Positions 25,793-34,391 of a stretch of DNA of 50,187 bases are shown in pieces. Origin of the DNA: a virus (taxonomy: Duplodnaviria > Caudoviricetes); the IMG/VR virus record IMGVR_UViG_3300018422_000112, positions 1 to 50,187 of that record. The stretch is one strand, 5' to 3'. The position numbers and the translations under genes are program-made. Under the pieces are notes generated by a model, which worked only from the letters and a program-made list of their open reading frames with translations, was not told where the DNA came from and did no database searches. Every line of letters begins with the position of its first letter. The first letter of the stretch is position 1.

Positions 25793-26552
25793 CACCATGC
25801 TTCGCCCCGCGATGATGACGGCGGCCGAGTGCGCTGCTGGGCGCTTTCTGCGCGCGCCGGACGGTCACGATGCAGACGCCGGGGATGCCGACGCGGATGC
25901 GGTCGACAAGACGCTGCTCGGCGACGCGGATCAGGGCGACGCGGATGCCGGCGACAAGGGCGATGCCGATAAGGTGGCGGACAAGGCCAAGGACGACGCT
26001 GCGAAGGCCGAAGCGGACAAGAAGGGCGACGGCGACAAGAAGGAGCCCGTTTCTGCCGCGCCCGAGAAATACGACCTCAAGGCCCCCGAGGGCATGGAGT
26101 TCGACACGGAGACGTTCGCGGCGGTCGAGCCCGTCCTCCGCGAGCTGGGGCTCAGCAATGAGAACGCTCAGAAGCTCGTCAGCGCCTATGCCGAAAAGGC
26201 GATCCCCGCCATCACCAAGCGGGCGAACGATGCTGTTCTGCTGAAGGCCGCCGAGGCCCGCAAGGAGTGGGCCGACTCCTTCGAGAAAGACCCCGACATC
26301 GGCGGCGCGAAGAAGGGTGACACGCTCTCCGCCGCCGCGCGGGTGTTCGACCATTACGGTCTGAAGAAGGGCGAGGGCCTTCGCCTGCTGCTCGATGAGA
26401 GCGGGCTCGGCAATCACCCCGACATGATCCGCGTGTTCGCCCGCATCGGGCATGACCTCGCGGAAGGCGGTTTCGAGCGGGGGGATCACGTCCCGCAGCC
26501 CAAGACGCCGGAAGGCAAGATGTACGACCCCGCATTTCAGCCGAAAACGTGA
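25758..26552 (+). CDS. Capsid scaffolding protein
   Basis: Acidic low-complexity N-terminus; PEKYDL; GLGNHPDMIRVF. Confidence 0.85.
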   Translation: MMIQKSPPNDLSTMLRPAMMTAAECAAGRFLRAPDGHDADAGDADADAVDKTLLGDADQGDADAGDKGDADKVADKAKDDAAKAEADKKGDGDKKEPVSAAPEKYDLKAPEGMEFDTETFAAVEPVLRELGLSNENAQKLVSAYAEKAIPAITKRANDAVLLKAAEARKEWADSFEKDPDIGGAKKGDTLSAAARVFDHYGLKKGEGLRLLLDESGLGNHPDMIRVFARIGHDLAEGGFERGDHVPQPKTPEGKMYDPAFQPKT

Positions 26553-26566
26553 GAAGGAACTAGGAC

Positions 26567-27604
26567 ATGGCTGCACGCAACGGAGCACTCGCGACCCTGG
26601 TCGATGTCACCGCGACCTATGGCGAAGCGGGCGAATCGCAGGGCCAGATCGCGGAGATCATGGAGAAGGATCACCCGATCCTGCAGGACGTGGCGTGGCG
26701 CGAAGGCAACCTCATCACCGGCGATCGGCGCTGGGTCCGCACCAGCAAGGCCGCGGCCTCCTGGCGTCGGTTCAATCAGGGCGTGCCGCGCTCCAAGGGC
26801 ACCGTCGGCGCGTTCGACGAGGCGTCTGCCCAGCTCGCCGCAGCCTCGCAGATGGATCGCGGTCTGGCGATCCTCGGCGGCAATCCGGCCAAGGCCCGCA
26901 TGAACTTCAACAAGCCGCACTTTCAGTCGATGGCCGATGAGATGGCGGAGACCATCTTCTACGGCAACAGCATGGTCGAATCGACGGAGTACACCGGCCT
27001 GACGCCGCGCTACAACGACCTCGACGGCCCGACCGGCGACTATATCATCGACGCTGGCGGCACCGGCACCGACAACCGCTCAATCTGGATCGTCGACTGG
27101 GATCTGGACGAGTTCGCCGGCATCTATCCCAAGGGTACGAAGGCCGGCCTGGTCCACATGGACATGACCTCGAACCTGCGCCCGGCGGCTGACGGCTATC
27201 CGATCGGCGATCTCGTCTACGATGAGAGCGGCAATCCCTATCCGGCCTATACCGACTTCTTCCAGTGGGAGGCCGGCTTGTCGGTTGGCGATCACCGGCG
27301 CGCCGTTCGCATCGCCAACATCGACTTCTCGCTGCTCACCAAGGATCGCTCGACCGGCGCCGACCTCGAGGACCTTCTCGTCCAGGCGATCGAGCGCATC
27401 AAGTCGACCGGGCCGAACGCGGCGATCTACGCGCCCAAGCCGCTCGGCGCCATGCTGCGCCGCCAGGCTCTGGTCGACAGCCGCAACGGCCGGGGCCTTC
27501 TGGGCTTCGAGACGATCGGTGGCCGCAAGGTCACGTCGTTCGACGGCCTCCCCATCCGCTCGGAAGACGCGCTCAACGTCGACGAAGCCCGCGTTATCGC
27601 CTGA
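26567..27604 (+). CDS. Major capsid protein (Bbp17-like)
   Basis: IFYGN...GLTPRY, GIYPKG, VRIANID; position. Confidence 0.92.
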   Translation: MAARNGALATLVDVTATYGEAGESQGQIAEIMEKDHPILQDVAWREGNLITGDRRWVRTSKAAASWRRFNQGVPRSKGTVGAFDEASAQLAAASQMDRGLAILGGNPAKARMNFNKPHFQSMADEMAETIFYGNSMVESTEYTGLTPRYNDLDGPTGDYIIDAGGTGTDNRSIWIVDWDLDEFAGIYPKGTKAGLVHMDMTSNLRPAADGYPIGDLVYDESGNPYPAYTDFFQWEAGLSVGDHRRAVRIANIDFSLLTKDRSTGADLEDLLVQAIERIKSTGPNAAIYAPKPLGAMLRRQALVDSRNGRGLLGFETIGGRKVTSFDGLPIRSEDALNVDEARVIA

Positions 27605-27616
27605 GGAGACTGAGAC

Positions 27617-28069
27617 ATGAACACGGACAAGGAACTGCTCTGCTCCGACAAGCAGGCGATCACCGCCGACGCGGTTTCGACGGATGCGATCCTCTGGACG
27701 GGTCTGTCGGGCGCCGATCGCACGCGCAATCTGCGGGCCTTCTGCCAGATCGAGACGAGCTTCACGCCGGATGGCGCGGCCACGGGCATCACGTTCGAGA
27801 TCATCGCGGCGGACAATACGGCGCTGACGACCAACGTCGTCTCGCTCTATTCAACCGGCGCGATTCTCAACGGCGCGTCGAACGTCAACCTCGCGGCGGG
27901 AAAGCGGGTCATCGATCAGCCGATGCCCGCCACGTCCAAAGCCTATGTCGGCTTCCGCTACACGACCAACGTCGGGGACTATACGACCGGCAAGGTGACG
28001 GCGGGTCTCGTCATCGGCACCGAAACCCCGCAGGCCGATCGCCCGGCGGCTGAGAGCCACGGCTTCTAA
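27617..28069 (+). CDS. Bbp16-like capsid cement protein
   Basis: DKELLCSDKQAIT...YVGFRY...GKVTAGL. Confidence 0.8.
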   Translation: MNTDKELLCSDKQAITADAVSTDAILWTGLSGADRTRNLRAFCQIETSFTPDGAATGITFEIIAADNTALTTNVVSLYSTGAILNGASNVNLAAGKRVIDQPMPATSKAYVGFRYTTNVGDYTTGKVTAGLVIGTETPQADRPAAESHGF

Positions 28070-28077
28070 GGAGACGA

Positions 28078-28563
28078 ATGATGACGCAGAAGGTTCTCAC
28101 CAAGAAGACGTTCATCGGCCACGGCTCCATGGGGCATATGGGCTATCCCGGCGACGTCGTCGATGTCGACGCCAAGGGTATTCCGCAGCCGGCGGATTCG
28201 ACGCCGGTCGGCTCGTTGACCGTGGAGCAGCTTCAGGCGCGTCTCGAACGGCTCCAGAAGGCGGACAAGCCTGAAAAGGCCGAGCCCGACTTCGGCAAGA
28301 ACGTCGCCGACCCGGTGGATACCAACACCGGCGCTCAGCCCCTGGCCATGGCGGCTGTCGCTCCCCATGCTCCCAGCGCGACCCAGCCCCAGACGCTTCC
28401 GCCCGGCACGGAGCAGGTTGGGGACCGCTTCGTCCGCCGCGCGCCAGAGGAGGCTCCGGCGGCGCTGGAGGAAGTCGTCGCCAACACGCCCGAGCAGATC
28501 GACGGCGTCGATGGTGGCATTGAGCCCCGCAAGCCCGGCAGGCCCGCCAAGGCCAAGGACTGA
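28078..28563 (+). CDS. Hypothetical virion-associated protein
   Basis: AAGGAG RBS; Pro/Ala-rich. Confidence 0.6.
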   Translation: MMTQKVLTKKTFIGHGSMGHMGYPGDVVDVDAKGIPQPADSTPVGSLTVEQLQARLERLQKADKPEKAEPDFGKNVADPVDTNTGAQPLAMAAVAPHAPSATQPQTLPPGTEQVGDRFVRRAPEEAPAALEEVVANTPEQIDGVDGGIEPRKPGRPAKAKD

Positions 28564-28571
28564 CCGCGCTG

Positions 28572-29024
28572 ATGCCGATCCTGTCGTTCTTCGGCCGCGC
28601 TGCGGGCTTCATGGGCCTGGTCACGGGCGCCGAGGGCGGCGATGCCACGCCGGTCTCTGCGGCCAACCCGCTACCGACGACGGCAACGCTCTCCAGTGAC
28701 ACGATAGGGGCCGGACTCGTACCGAAATACGCTGTGATCGCGGCTTCGTCGAGCGGCAACAATGAGATCGTCGCGGCCGTGGCGACCAAGAAGATACGAG
28801 TGCTGGGCTACGTCTTGATGGGGGCGGGCGCCGTCAATGCCAAATTCCGCTCGGCTGACAGCGCAGACAGGACGGGGCTTCACTACATCGCCGCAGCGGG
28901 CGGTGGGGCATCTGCCTCGTTCAACCCCGTGGGCTGGTTCGAGACCGTGGCTGGGGAGGCTTTGAACCTCAACCTCTCTGGTGCCGTCGCGGTCGGTGGC
29001 GTGCTCGTCTACATCGAAGTCTGA
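28572..29024 (+). CDS. Beta-rich virion decoration protein
   Basis: VSAANPLP motif; small-residue composition. Confidence 0.6.
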   Translation: MPILSFFGRAAGFMGLVTGAEGGDATPVSAANPLPTTATLSSDTIGAGLVPKYAVIAASSSGNNEIVAAVATKKIRVLGYVLMGAGAVNAKFRSADSADRTGLHYIAAAGGGASASFNPVGWFETVAGEALNLNLSGAVAVGGVLVYIEV

Positions 29025-29473
29025 TGAGCCTGCTTCTCCTTGGGGCAGGGCTTGGGGCGGATGCGTCCGCGCCACCCCCCTCCATCGTCACCAACGGCAC
29101 GTTCGATGCGGACACCGACTGGACGCTTACCAACGATTTCGTGATCAGTGGCGGGGTGCTTGCCTGCTCCGGCGCGGCGGGGATCAAACGGTGCATCCAA
29201 GAGGGAGCAGGGGCGCCTTATGCCGAAGGGCGCACCTACCGCATTGAGTGGGACTTGGTGGCCAGAATCGCCGGCTCGGTCAGTGTTAACATCGGAACCG
29301 ATGTCACCGGGGTTAGTCTCGGCACTACCGGAGGCGGCCAAACCTTTGCCGGGCATTATTCTCACGATGTGACCATCGGCGTCGGCGCGCTCGCCGGACA
29401 ATATCACAAAATACAGGCGGGCAACGTCGCGAACCTATCTGTCGACAATCTCGTCATTACCGACATCACCTAG
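29024..29473 (+). CDS. Carbohydrate-binding-module-like virion protein
   Basis: IVTNGTFD...W...SVDNL jelly-roll signature. Confidence 0.55.
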   Translation: MSLLLLGAGLGADASAPPPSIVTNGTFDADTDWTLTNDFVISGGVLACSGAAGIKRCIQEGAGAPYAEGRTYRIEWDLVARIAGSVSVNIGTDVTGVSLGTTGGGQTFAGHYSHDVTIGVGALAGQYHKIQAGNVANLSVDNLVITDIT

Positions 29474-29484
29474 GAGCGGGCATC

Positions 29485-29886
29485 ATGCCGAACCTCTATC
29501 CAGACCCCGCCCTCGCCAGCGGCGATTATTCCGCGATGGGAGGGTTCGCCAAGGACGGAACCGCGCTGGTCGCGAGCGATGCCGGCATTTTCGACGTCAT
29601 CGCGCTTGAAGGTCCGATCGAGGGCGACTTTTTCGGCTTCATCGCCAAGGCCGGGCAGTATCAGGTCAGCGTCCACGTGGCTGATCATGAGCAAGGCGGC
29701 GCCCATGCTCGCATCCGCGCTGGCGCCTTCACCGATCTCGGCATAGCCGGAGACGGCTGGACCTTCCCGATTACAGTCACGGCTGGAACGAACGAACAGG
29801 TCAGCTTCGTGCTTCGCGGTTCGAACAATGGCCGCTTTCGCATCGTCCCCGACGAGAACGGCGAGGCGATCCGGATCACGACATGA
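29485..29886 (+). CDS. Hypothetical beta-rich protein
   Basis: AGGAG RBS. Confidence 0.55.
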   Translation: MPNLYPDPALASGDYSAMGGFAKDGTALVASDAGIFDVIALEGPIEGDFFGFIAKAGQYQVSVHVADHEQGGAHARIRAGAFTDLGIAGDGWTFPITVTAGTNEQVSFVLRGSNNGRFRIVPDENGEAIRITT

Positions 29887-29894
29887 GCCTGGCG

Positions 29895-29942
29895 CTGTGC
29901 ATCCCCGCGCCCTAGGCGCCCGCACAGCGCTAATCTCCCGCC
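29895..29942 (+). promoter_or_regulatory. Putative late promoter 2
   Basis: CTGTGCATCCC-25 nt-TAATCT-6 nt-ATG. Confidence 0.7.
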
Positions 29943-30593
29943 ATGGCGACATCCCGTCTCGGCATCTGGAACATGGCGCTCGACGAGCTGCCGGCGTCTC
30001 GGGTCGACGCGATGGACGACGGCTCATTTGAAGGCGAGAAGCTATCCGAGGCCTATCAGCCCGCGCTGGAGTTGCTTCTGGAGGATCACGATTACGACTT
30101 CGCGATTGTCCGCCAGACGCTAGCCGTCGTCACCAATGGTCGCGCCGCCGAATGGGCCTATGCCTATCAGGCCCCGGCCAACATGCGCTCCCCGCGCCAC
30201 ATGCTGCCGTATGGCGCCGATTTCAGCGCCGGCTCAACGCCATCCTATCCCGTCTATGGCCGCCTCCGCTCCTATGAGGGCATTGTACCCTTTCGGCTGA
30301 TCGGGGGCGTGATCTATGCGAACATGGAAAACGCCATCTTCGAATTCGTGACCTCTGACGTTTCCGAGGATCTGTTTTCAGCCAAGTTCGCCCGCGCGCT
30401 GGCGCTGGAGCTGGCGAGCCGAGTCGTCATGCCGATCAAGAAGGACAGCAAGCGCCAGGGCAAGCTGATCCAGATGGCGGAGATCGCGCGCGAGCGGGCC
30501 AAGGCCGACGACATGAACCGCGACCGCGAAAGCCCGAGAGACTTTATCCCCGAGGCCCAGCTCGTCCGGTCCGGCGTTCTTTCGTGGCAGTAG
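29943..30593 (+). CDS. Tail adaptor (tail tubular protein A-like)
   Basis: IWNMAL...HDYDFA...WAYAYQAP...FARALALELA. Confidence 0.85.
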   Translation: MATSRLGIWNMALDELPASRVDAMDDGSFEGEKLSEAYQPALELLLEDHDYDFAIVRQTLAVVTNGRAAEWAYAYQAPANMRSPRHMLPYGADFSAGSTPSYPVYGRLRSYEGIVPFRLIGGVIYANMENAIFEFVTSDVSEDLFSAKFARALALELASRVVMPIKKDSKRQGKLIQMAEIARERAKADDMNRDRESPRDFIPEAQLVRSGVLSWQ

Positions 30594-30597
30594 GCTG

Positions 30598-31242
30598 ATG
30601 GCCTTCCGGTCGGGACAGCACAACTTCTCGAAGGGCGTCCTCACCGAGGAGCTATGGGGGCGCGTCGACATCGCCCCCTACAATGCGGCTGTCCGGCAGG
30701 GAACGAACGTCCTCATCCTCAAATATGGCGGCCTGACGAAACGGCCCGGAACGCGGTTCGTCTACGAGATCACCGATGGACTAAAGCGGCTCCTGCCCTT
30801 CGAGGGCGCGCTGGACGCCTCCTATGCCTTGCTGATGGGCCAGGCCAGCATGAGGCCGGCGGCGCTGGGCGGAATGGTGCTGGAGGAAAAGCTCACCGTC
30901 GAGGCCCTGACGCTCACCGACCCGGTCCAGATCACCGCCTCGTTCCACGGATTCGAGGATGGCGATGAGGTGTTCTTTCAGGAACTCGACGGGCCGATCG
31001 AACTCAATGGCCGCGTCCTTCCCGTGACCGTGATCGACGACGACAATTTCACCGTGCCCGTTGACGGAACCGGCTATGCGGCGCTCGCTTCGGATGGAGG
31101 GGGCATCATCCGCAGCGGCGCGCCCGCCGCTCCGCCCGCGCCGCCGGCCGTCCCGCCAGTGGTCCCGCCGCCCGCTGATCCGCCTGTTGGTGGAGGCGGG
31201 AGCGGTCCCCACTGGTACGACCCGGATTACCACATCCCATGA
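30598..31242 (+). CDS. Tail nozzle (tubular protein B) N-terminal part with FCCH-like insert
   Basis: NFSKG...GRVD...GGLTKRPGT; HGFEDGDEVF...ELNG. Confidence 0.8.
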   Translation: MAFRSGQHNFSKGVLTEELWGRVDIAPYNAAVRQGTNVLILKYGGLTKRPGTRFVYEITDGLKRLLPFEGALDASYALLMGQASMRPAALGGMVLEEKLTVEALTLTDPVQITASFHGFEDGDEVFFQELDGPIELNGRVLPVTVIDDDNFTVPVDGTGYAALASDGGGIIRSGAPAAPPAPPAVPPVVPPPADPPVGGGGSGPHWYDPDYHIP

Positions 31243-33047
31243 GCGTGGCCCGCATCTACAGGGCGGCGACGCCCTACAACGCTTCCGAGCTATCCGAGCT
31301 GGATTACGTCCAGAGCTTCGACGTCCTCTATCTCGCTCACCTGGATCACGTCCGAAGCAAGCTCATCCGCTCCGGCCATGCGGACTGGGAATATGTCGCG
31401 CTCTCGACCGGCCCGACCATCGCGGCGCCGACCAGCCTTAGCGTTGCCGTCACCAATCCGAATCAGGACGCCGCCAATTCTGGGAACGCCTATTTCCCCC
31501 AGCCACGGCATTATGTCGTCACCTCGGTAAACGACACGACCGGGCAGGAGAGCCGCGCTTCGACCTCGGACGACGGGACCAACGACCTAACTCTGAAGCG
31601 CAACAAGAACGTCTTGACCTGGGTCGCCGCCACGGGAGCAAATCGCTACCGGGTCTACGCCGCCGACAACGAGCAGGCTTACGGCTATATCGGCGAGACT
31701 ATTGGAACGATGTTCACCGACGACAATCTCACTCTCGATTTCACCGATGGGCCTCCCACGGGTGACGATCCTTTCTCCGGCGACGACGACAACCCATCGA
31801 CCGTGACATTCTTCGAGCAGCGGCTTTGGTGGGCGCGAACCAGAGCGCGTCCGAACGCGGTATTCGGGTCCCAATCCGCCGACTTCGAGAATCACGACAT
31901 AGCTCGCCCGTCCAAGGAGAGCGACGCGATCAGCATCGCTATCGCCGCGCAGAAGGTCAACAGCGTCCATTCCCTCGTTCCGATGGAGAACCTTCTTGCC
32001 CTGACCGGCGATGCCATCTTCGCGATCAAGGGTTCGAACGCCGATTATCTCACCGCCAGCCCGCCTCCCCGCGTTCCCCGCCAATCGGGCAGAGGCGCGA
32101 ACAGGCTCAAACCCCTGGTCCTGGACGAGGTGATTTTCTATCAGCCGGCCATCGGTTCCGAGGTCCGCTCGCTGGGCTTCACTTTCGAGATCGACGGCTA
32201 TCGCTCCAATGACGTGTCGATCTTCTCTCCCGGGTTTTTCCGGTCCTACGAAATCAACGCCTGGGATTATGCCGAAGAGCCTTTGTCCGTGGTATGGACC
32301 GCAAGGTCGGACGGGAAGATGCCCACCTTCACCTGGCAGCAGGAACAGCAAGTATGGGGCTGGACGCTGTGCGAGACGGACGGGGCGGTCGAGGACGTGA
32401 TCGCGGTCAGGGAAGGGGGCGAGGACCGGCCCTATCTCATCGTCACGCGGACGATCGACGGGGAGGAAAGGCGGTTTCTGGAGCGGATGGCGTCGGCGAA
32501 GTGGGAGGATGTCAAGCAAAGCTGCTATCTGGACTGTGCAGCCACCTTCGAGCCCGCGACCCCGACCAGCGTTTTTTACGTCCCCCATCTGGCGGGAGCG
32601 ACCGTCGACGCCTTGGCCGATGGGTTCGTCGTCACTGGCCTCACCGTTGAAAGCGACGGGCGGGTCGAGTTCGCGGAGGACGTGAACGAGGTCGTTACCA
32701 TCGGCTTGCCCTATGAGGCGGTAATCGAGACCTTGCCGCTGATGTTCGAAACCCGCGAAGGCTGGCCTCGGGACAAGCGGCAGATGATTGGCGAAGCCGT
32801 GCTGCAAGTCGTCGACACCCGCATAGGTTCAGTCGAAGCGGGGCGCCGGCTGTCCAAAATGTATGCGACCAAAGCGCGCGGAACCGAAGCGCTCGGCGAG
32901 CCCACGGCGCTCTTCACAGGCGCGCGAACCGCCGCGACGGAACCGCTGACGGCTGGCGAAGCGACGCTGTTCGTCCGCTCCACCGAACCAACGCCGATGA
33001 CGATCACCGCCATCTACCTAGATCCCATTGTGAGCCAGGACACTTGA
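31239..33047 (+). CDS. Tail nozzle (tubular protein B) main part
   Basis: TPY..L..LDYVQSFDV, PSTVTFFEQRL, QQVWGW, YLDC, IGLPY. Confidence 0.88.
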   Translation: MSVARIYRAATPYNASELSELDYVQSFDVLYLAHLDHVRSKLIRSGHADWEYVALSTGPTIAAPTSLSVAVTNPNQDAANSGNAYFPQPRHYVVTSVNDTTGQESRASTSDDGTNDLTLKRNKNVLTWVAATGANRYRVYAADNEQAYGYIGETIGTMFTDDNLTLDFTDGPPTGDDPFSGDDDNPSTVTFFEQRLWWARTRARPNAVFGSQSADFENHDIARPSKESDAISIAIAAQKVNSVHSLVPMENLLALTGDAIFAIKGSNADYLTASPPPRVPRQSGRGANRLKPLVLDEVIFYQPAIGSEVRSLGFTFEIDGYRSNDVSIFSPGFFRSYEINAWDYAEEPLSVVWTARSDGKMPTFTWQQEQQVWGWTLCETDGAVEDVIAVREGGEDRPYLIVTRTIDGEERRFLERMASAKWEDVKQSCYLDCAATFEPATPTSVFYVPHLAGATVDALADGFVVTGLTVESDGRVEFAEDVNEVVTIGLPYEAVIETLPLMFETREGWPRDKRQMIGEAVLQVVDTRIGSVEAGRRLSKMYATKARGTEALGEPTALFTGARTAATEPLTAGEATLFVRSTEPTPMTITAIYLDPIVSQDT

Positions 33048-33526
33048 TCGAGATCGTCGCCGCTTCCCCGGCCCATGTCGGGCGGATCGCCAACAGGATG
33101 CGGGAGGCTGATAGGGAGGAATGCGAGGCGTACGGCCGCTCTCCCAAGGAAGCGCTGCGATTGGGTCTGCGAAGCTCCGTGCTGGCGTCTACGGCCCTTG
33201 TGGACGGCTCACCCGAGGGAATGTTCGGCGTTGCCCCGCTCAACGCGCTGGAGGGAACAGGGCGGCCCTGGATGCTGGCGACGGACGCAGCCTCCCATTG
33301 TGCAAGGGAGCTCCTCGACCTTGGCCCGCCTGTTATCGAGGCCATGCACCGCCGGTTCGCCAGATTGGAGAATTACGTCTCCATCAGAAACCGCCGGGCA
33401 ATCAGGATGCTCATGGCCTGGGGCTTTGAGATCGGAGACGAGACGATGGAGTTCGGCGGGGTCGAGTTCAGGGAGTTTTGGAGAGAGGCTATCTTCTCGC
33501 CCGCAAACGGACCACTTCAGCTATGA
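33044..33526 (+). CDS. GNAT-fold virion protein (T7 gp13-like)
   Basis: MREADREEC...PWML...LENYV...N..AIRML..WGF. Confidence 0.8.
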   Translation: MIEIVAASPAHVGRIANRMREADREECEAYGRSPKEALRLGLRSSVLASTALVDGSPEGMFGVAPLNALEGTGRPWMLATDAASHCARELLDLGPPVIEAMHRRFARLENYVSIRNRRAIRMLMAWGFEIGDETMEFGGVEFREFWREAIFSPANGPLQL

Positions 33527-33836
33527 CATCCTCCCGTAATCCTGATCGAAACGAGGTGGTGAACCGGCGCCGATATCCAGATCCCCGGCAGTCGCTAGCG
33601 GCGTCGACCGCCGCGGCTATCGCGCCGCTACATTCATCCAACGCCGCAACAGCAATGTCGGCGGGGAGGGCTCTGGACCGGTCAAGCCGCCGGCCCGCGC
33701 GCAGGGTGCACTCACGCGCGACACCGCCCAATGTCGTCATCGCCTCGCGCCTGCTTTGCTCGTCCCCGGCGTCACACCTGAGGCTTGGATATTGCTCTGC
33801 TGCGACGAGCGCGAGGATGAGGGCGAGAAACTTCAT
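33489..33836 (-). CDS. Antisense secreted Cys-containing moron protein
   Basis: Signal peptide MKFLALILALVAA; inserted against the late operon. Confidence 0.55.
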   Translation of the reverse strand: MKFLALILALVAAEQYPSLRCDAGDEQSRREAMTTLGGVARECTLRAGRRLDRSRALPADIAVAALDECSGAIAAAVDAASDCRGSGYRRRFTTSFRSGLREDVIAEVVRLRARR

Positions 33837-33887
33837 GGCGGCGGAGAATGCCCTAGTTGGCCCCTTCCTTCAAGGGAGGGCGGTCTG

Positions 33888-34391
33888 ATGTGCCTCCCAG
33901 TCGCTACTATGGCCTTGGCCGCCTCGGCGGTGCAGATGGTCGGGCAGGCCACCTCAACGGTGTTCGCCATGCAGCAGGCCGGCTACGAAGCGCGGGCCGC
34001 AAACCAGAACGCCCGCATCGAAAGCGAGCGCGCCAACGACGCCCGCGAGAGGGGCCAGACCGAAAATCTCAACTATCAGCGCCAGGTCTCGCAGGAGATG
34101 GGGACGCAACAGGCTTCAATGGCCGCCAACGGCGTGGATCCGACATTCGGCTCGGCGGCTTATGTGCGCGGCGACACGGCGATGATCGGGGCGGAGGATG
34201 TTCGGACCATCAGCCGCAACACCTTTCAGGAAATGCGCGGCTTCGACATCAACGCCGCCAGCTTCCGAGCGGAAGCCAAAGCTGCTCGGCGCCGCAAAAC
34301 GGGTTTCCTGATCCAAGGCGGGCTGGCGATGGCCGGCACGGCGCTGGGCGCCGCCCAGCAATATCGTAAATTCTCCCGGCCGACAGGGTAA
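33888..34391 (+). CDS. Internal virion (ejection) protein, gp14-like
   Basis: MC start; QQASMAANGVD..GSA motif. Confidence 0.8.
   Translation: MCLPVATMALAASAVQMVGQATSTVFAMQQAGYEARAANQNARIESERANDARERGQTENLNYQRQVSQEMGTQQASMAANGVDPTFGSAAYVRGDTAMIGAEDVRTISRNTFQEMRGFDINAASFRAEAKAARRRKTGFLIQGGLAMAGTALGAAQQYRKFSRPTG

Noticed and set aside
25870-26040. GAC/GAT/GCC-rich repeats
   Set aside because: Low-complexity Asp/Ala/Lys linker of the scaffold protein
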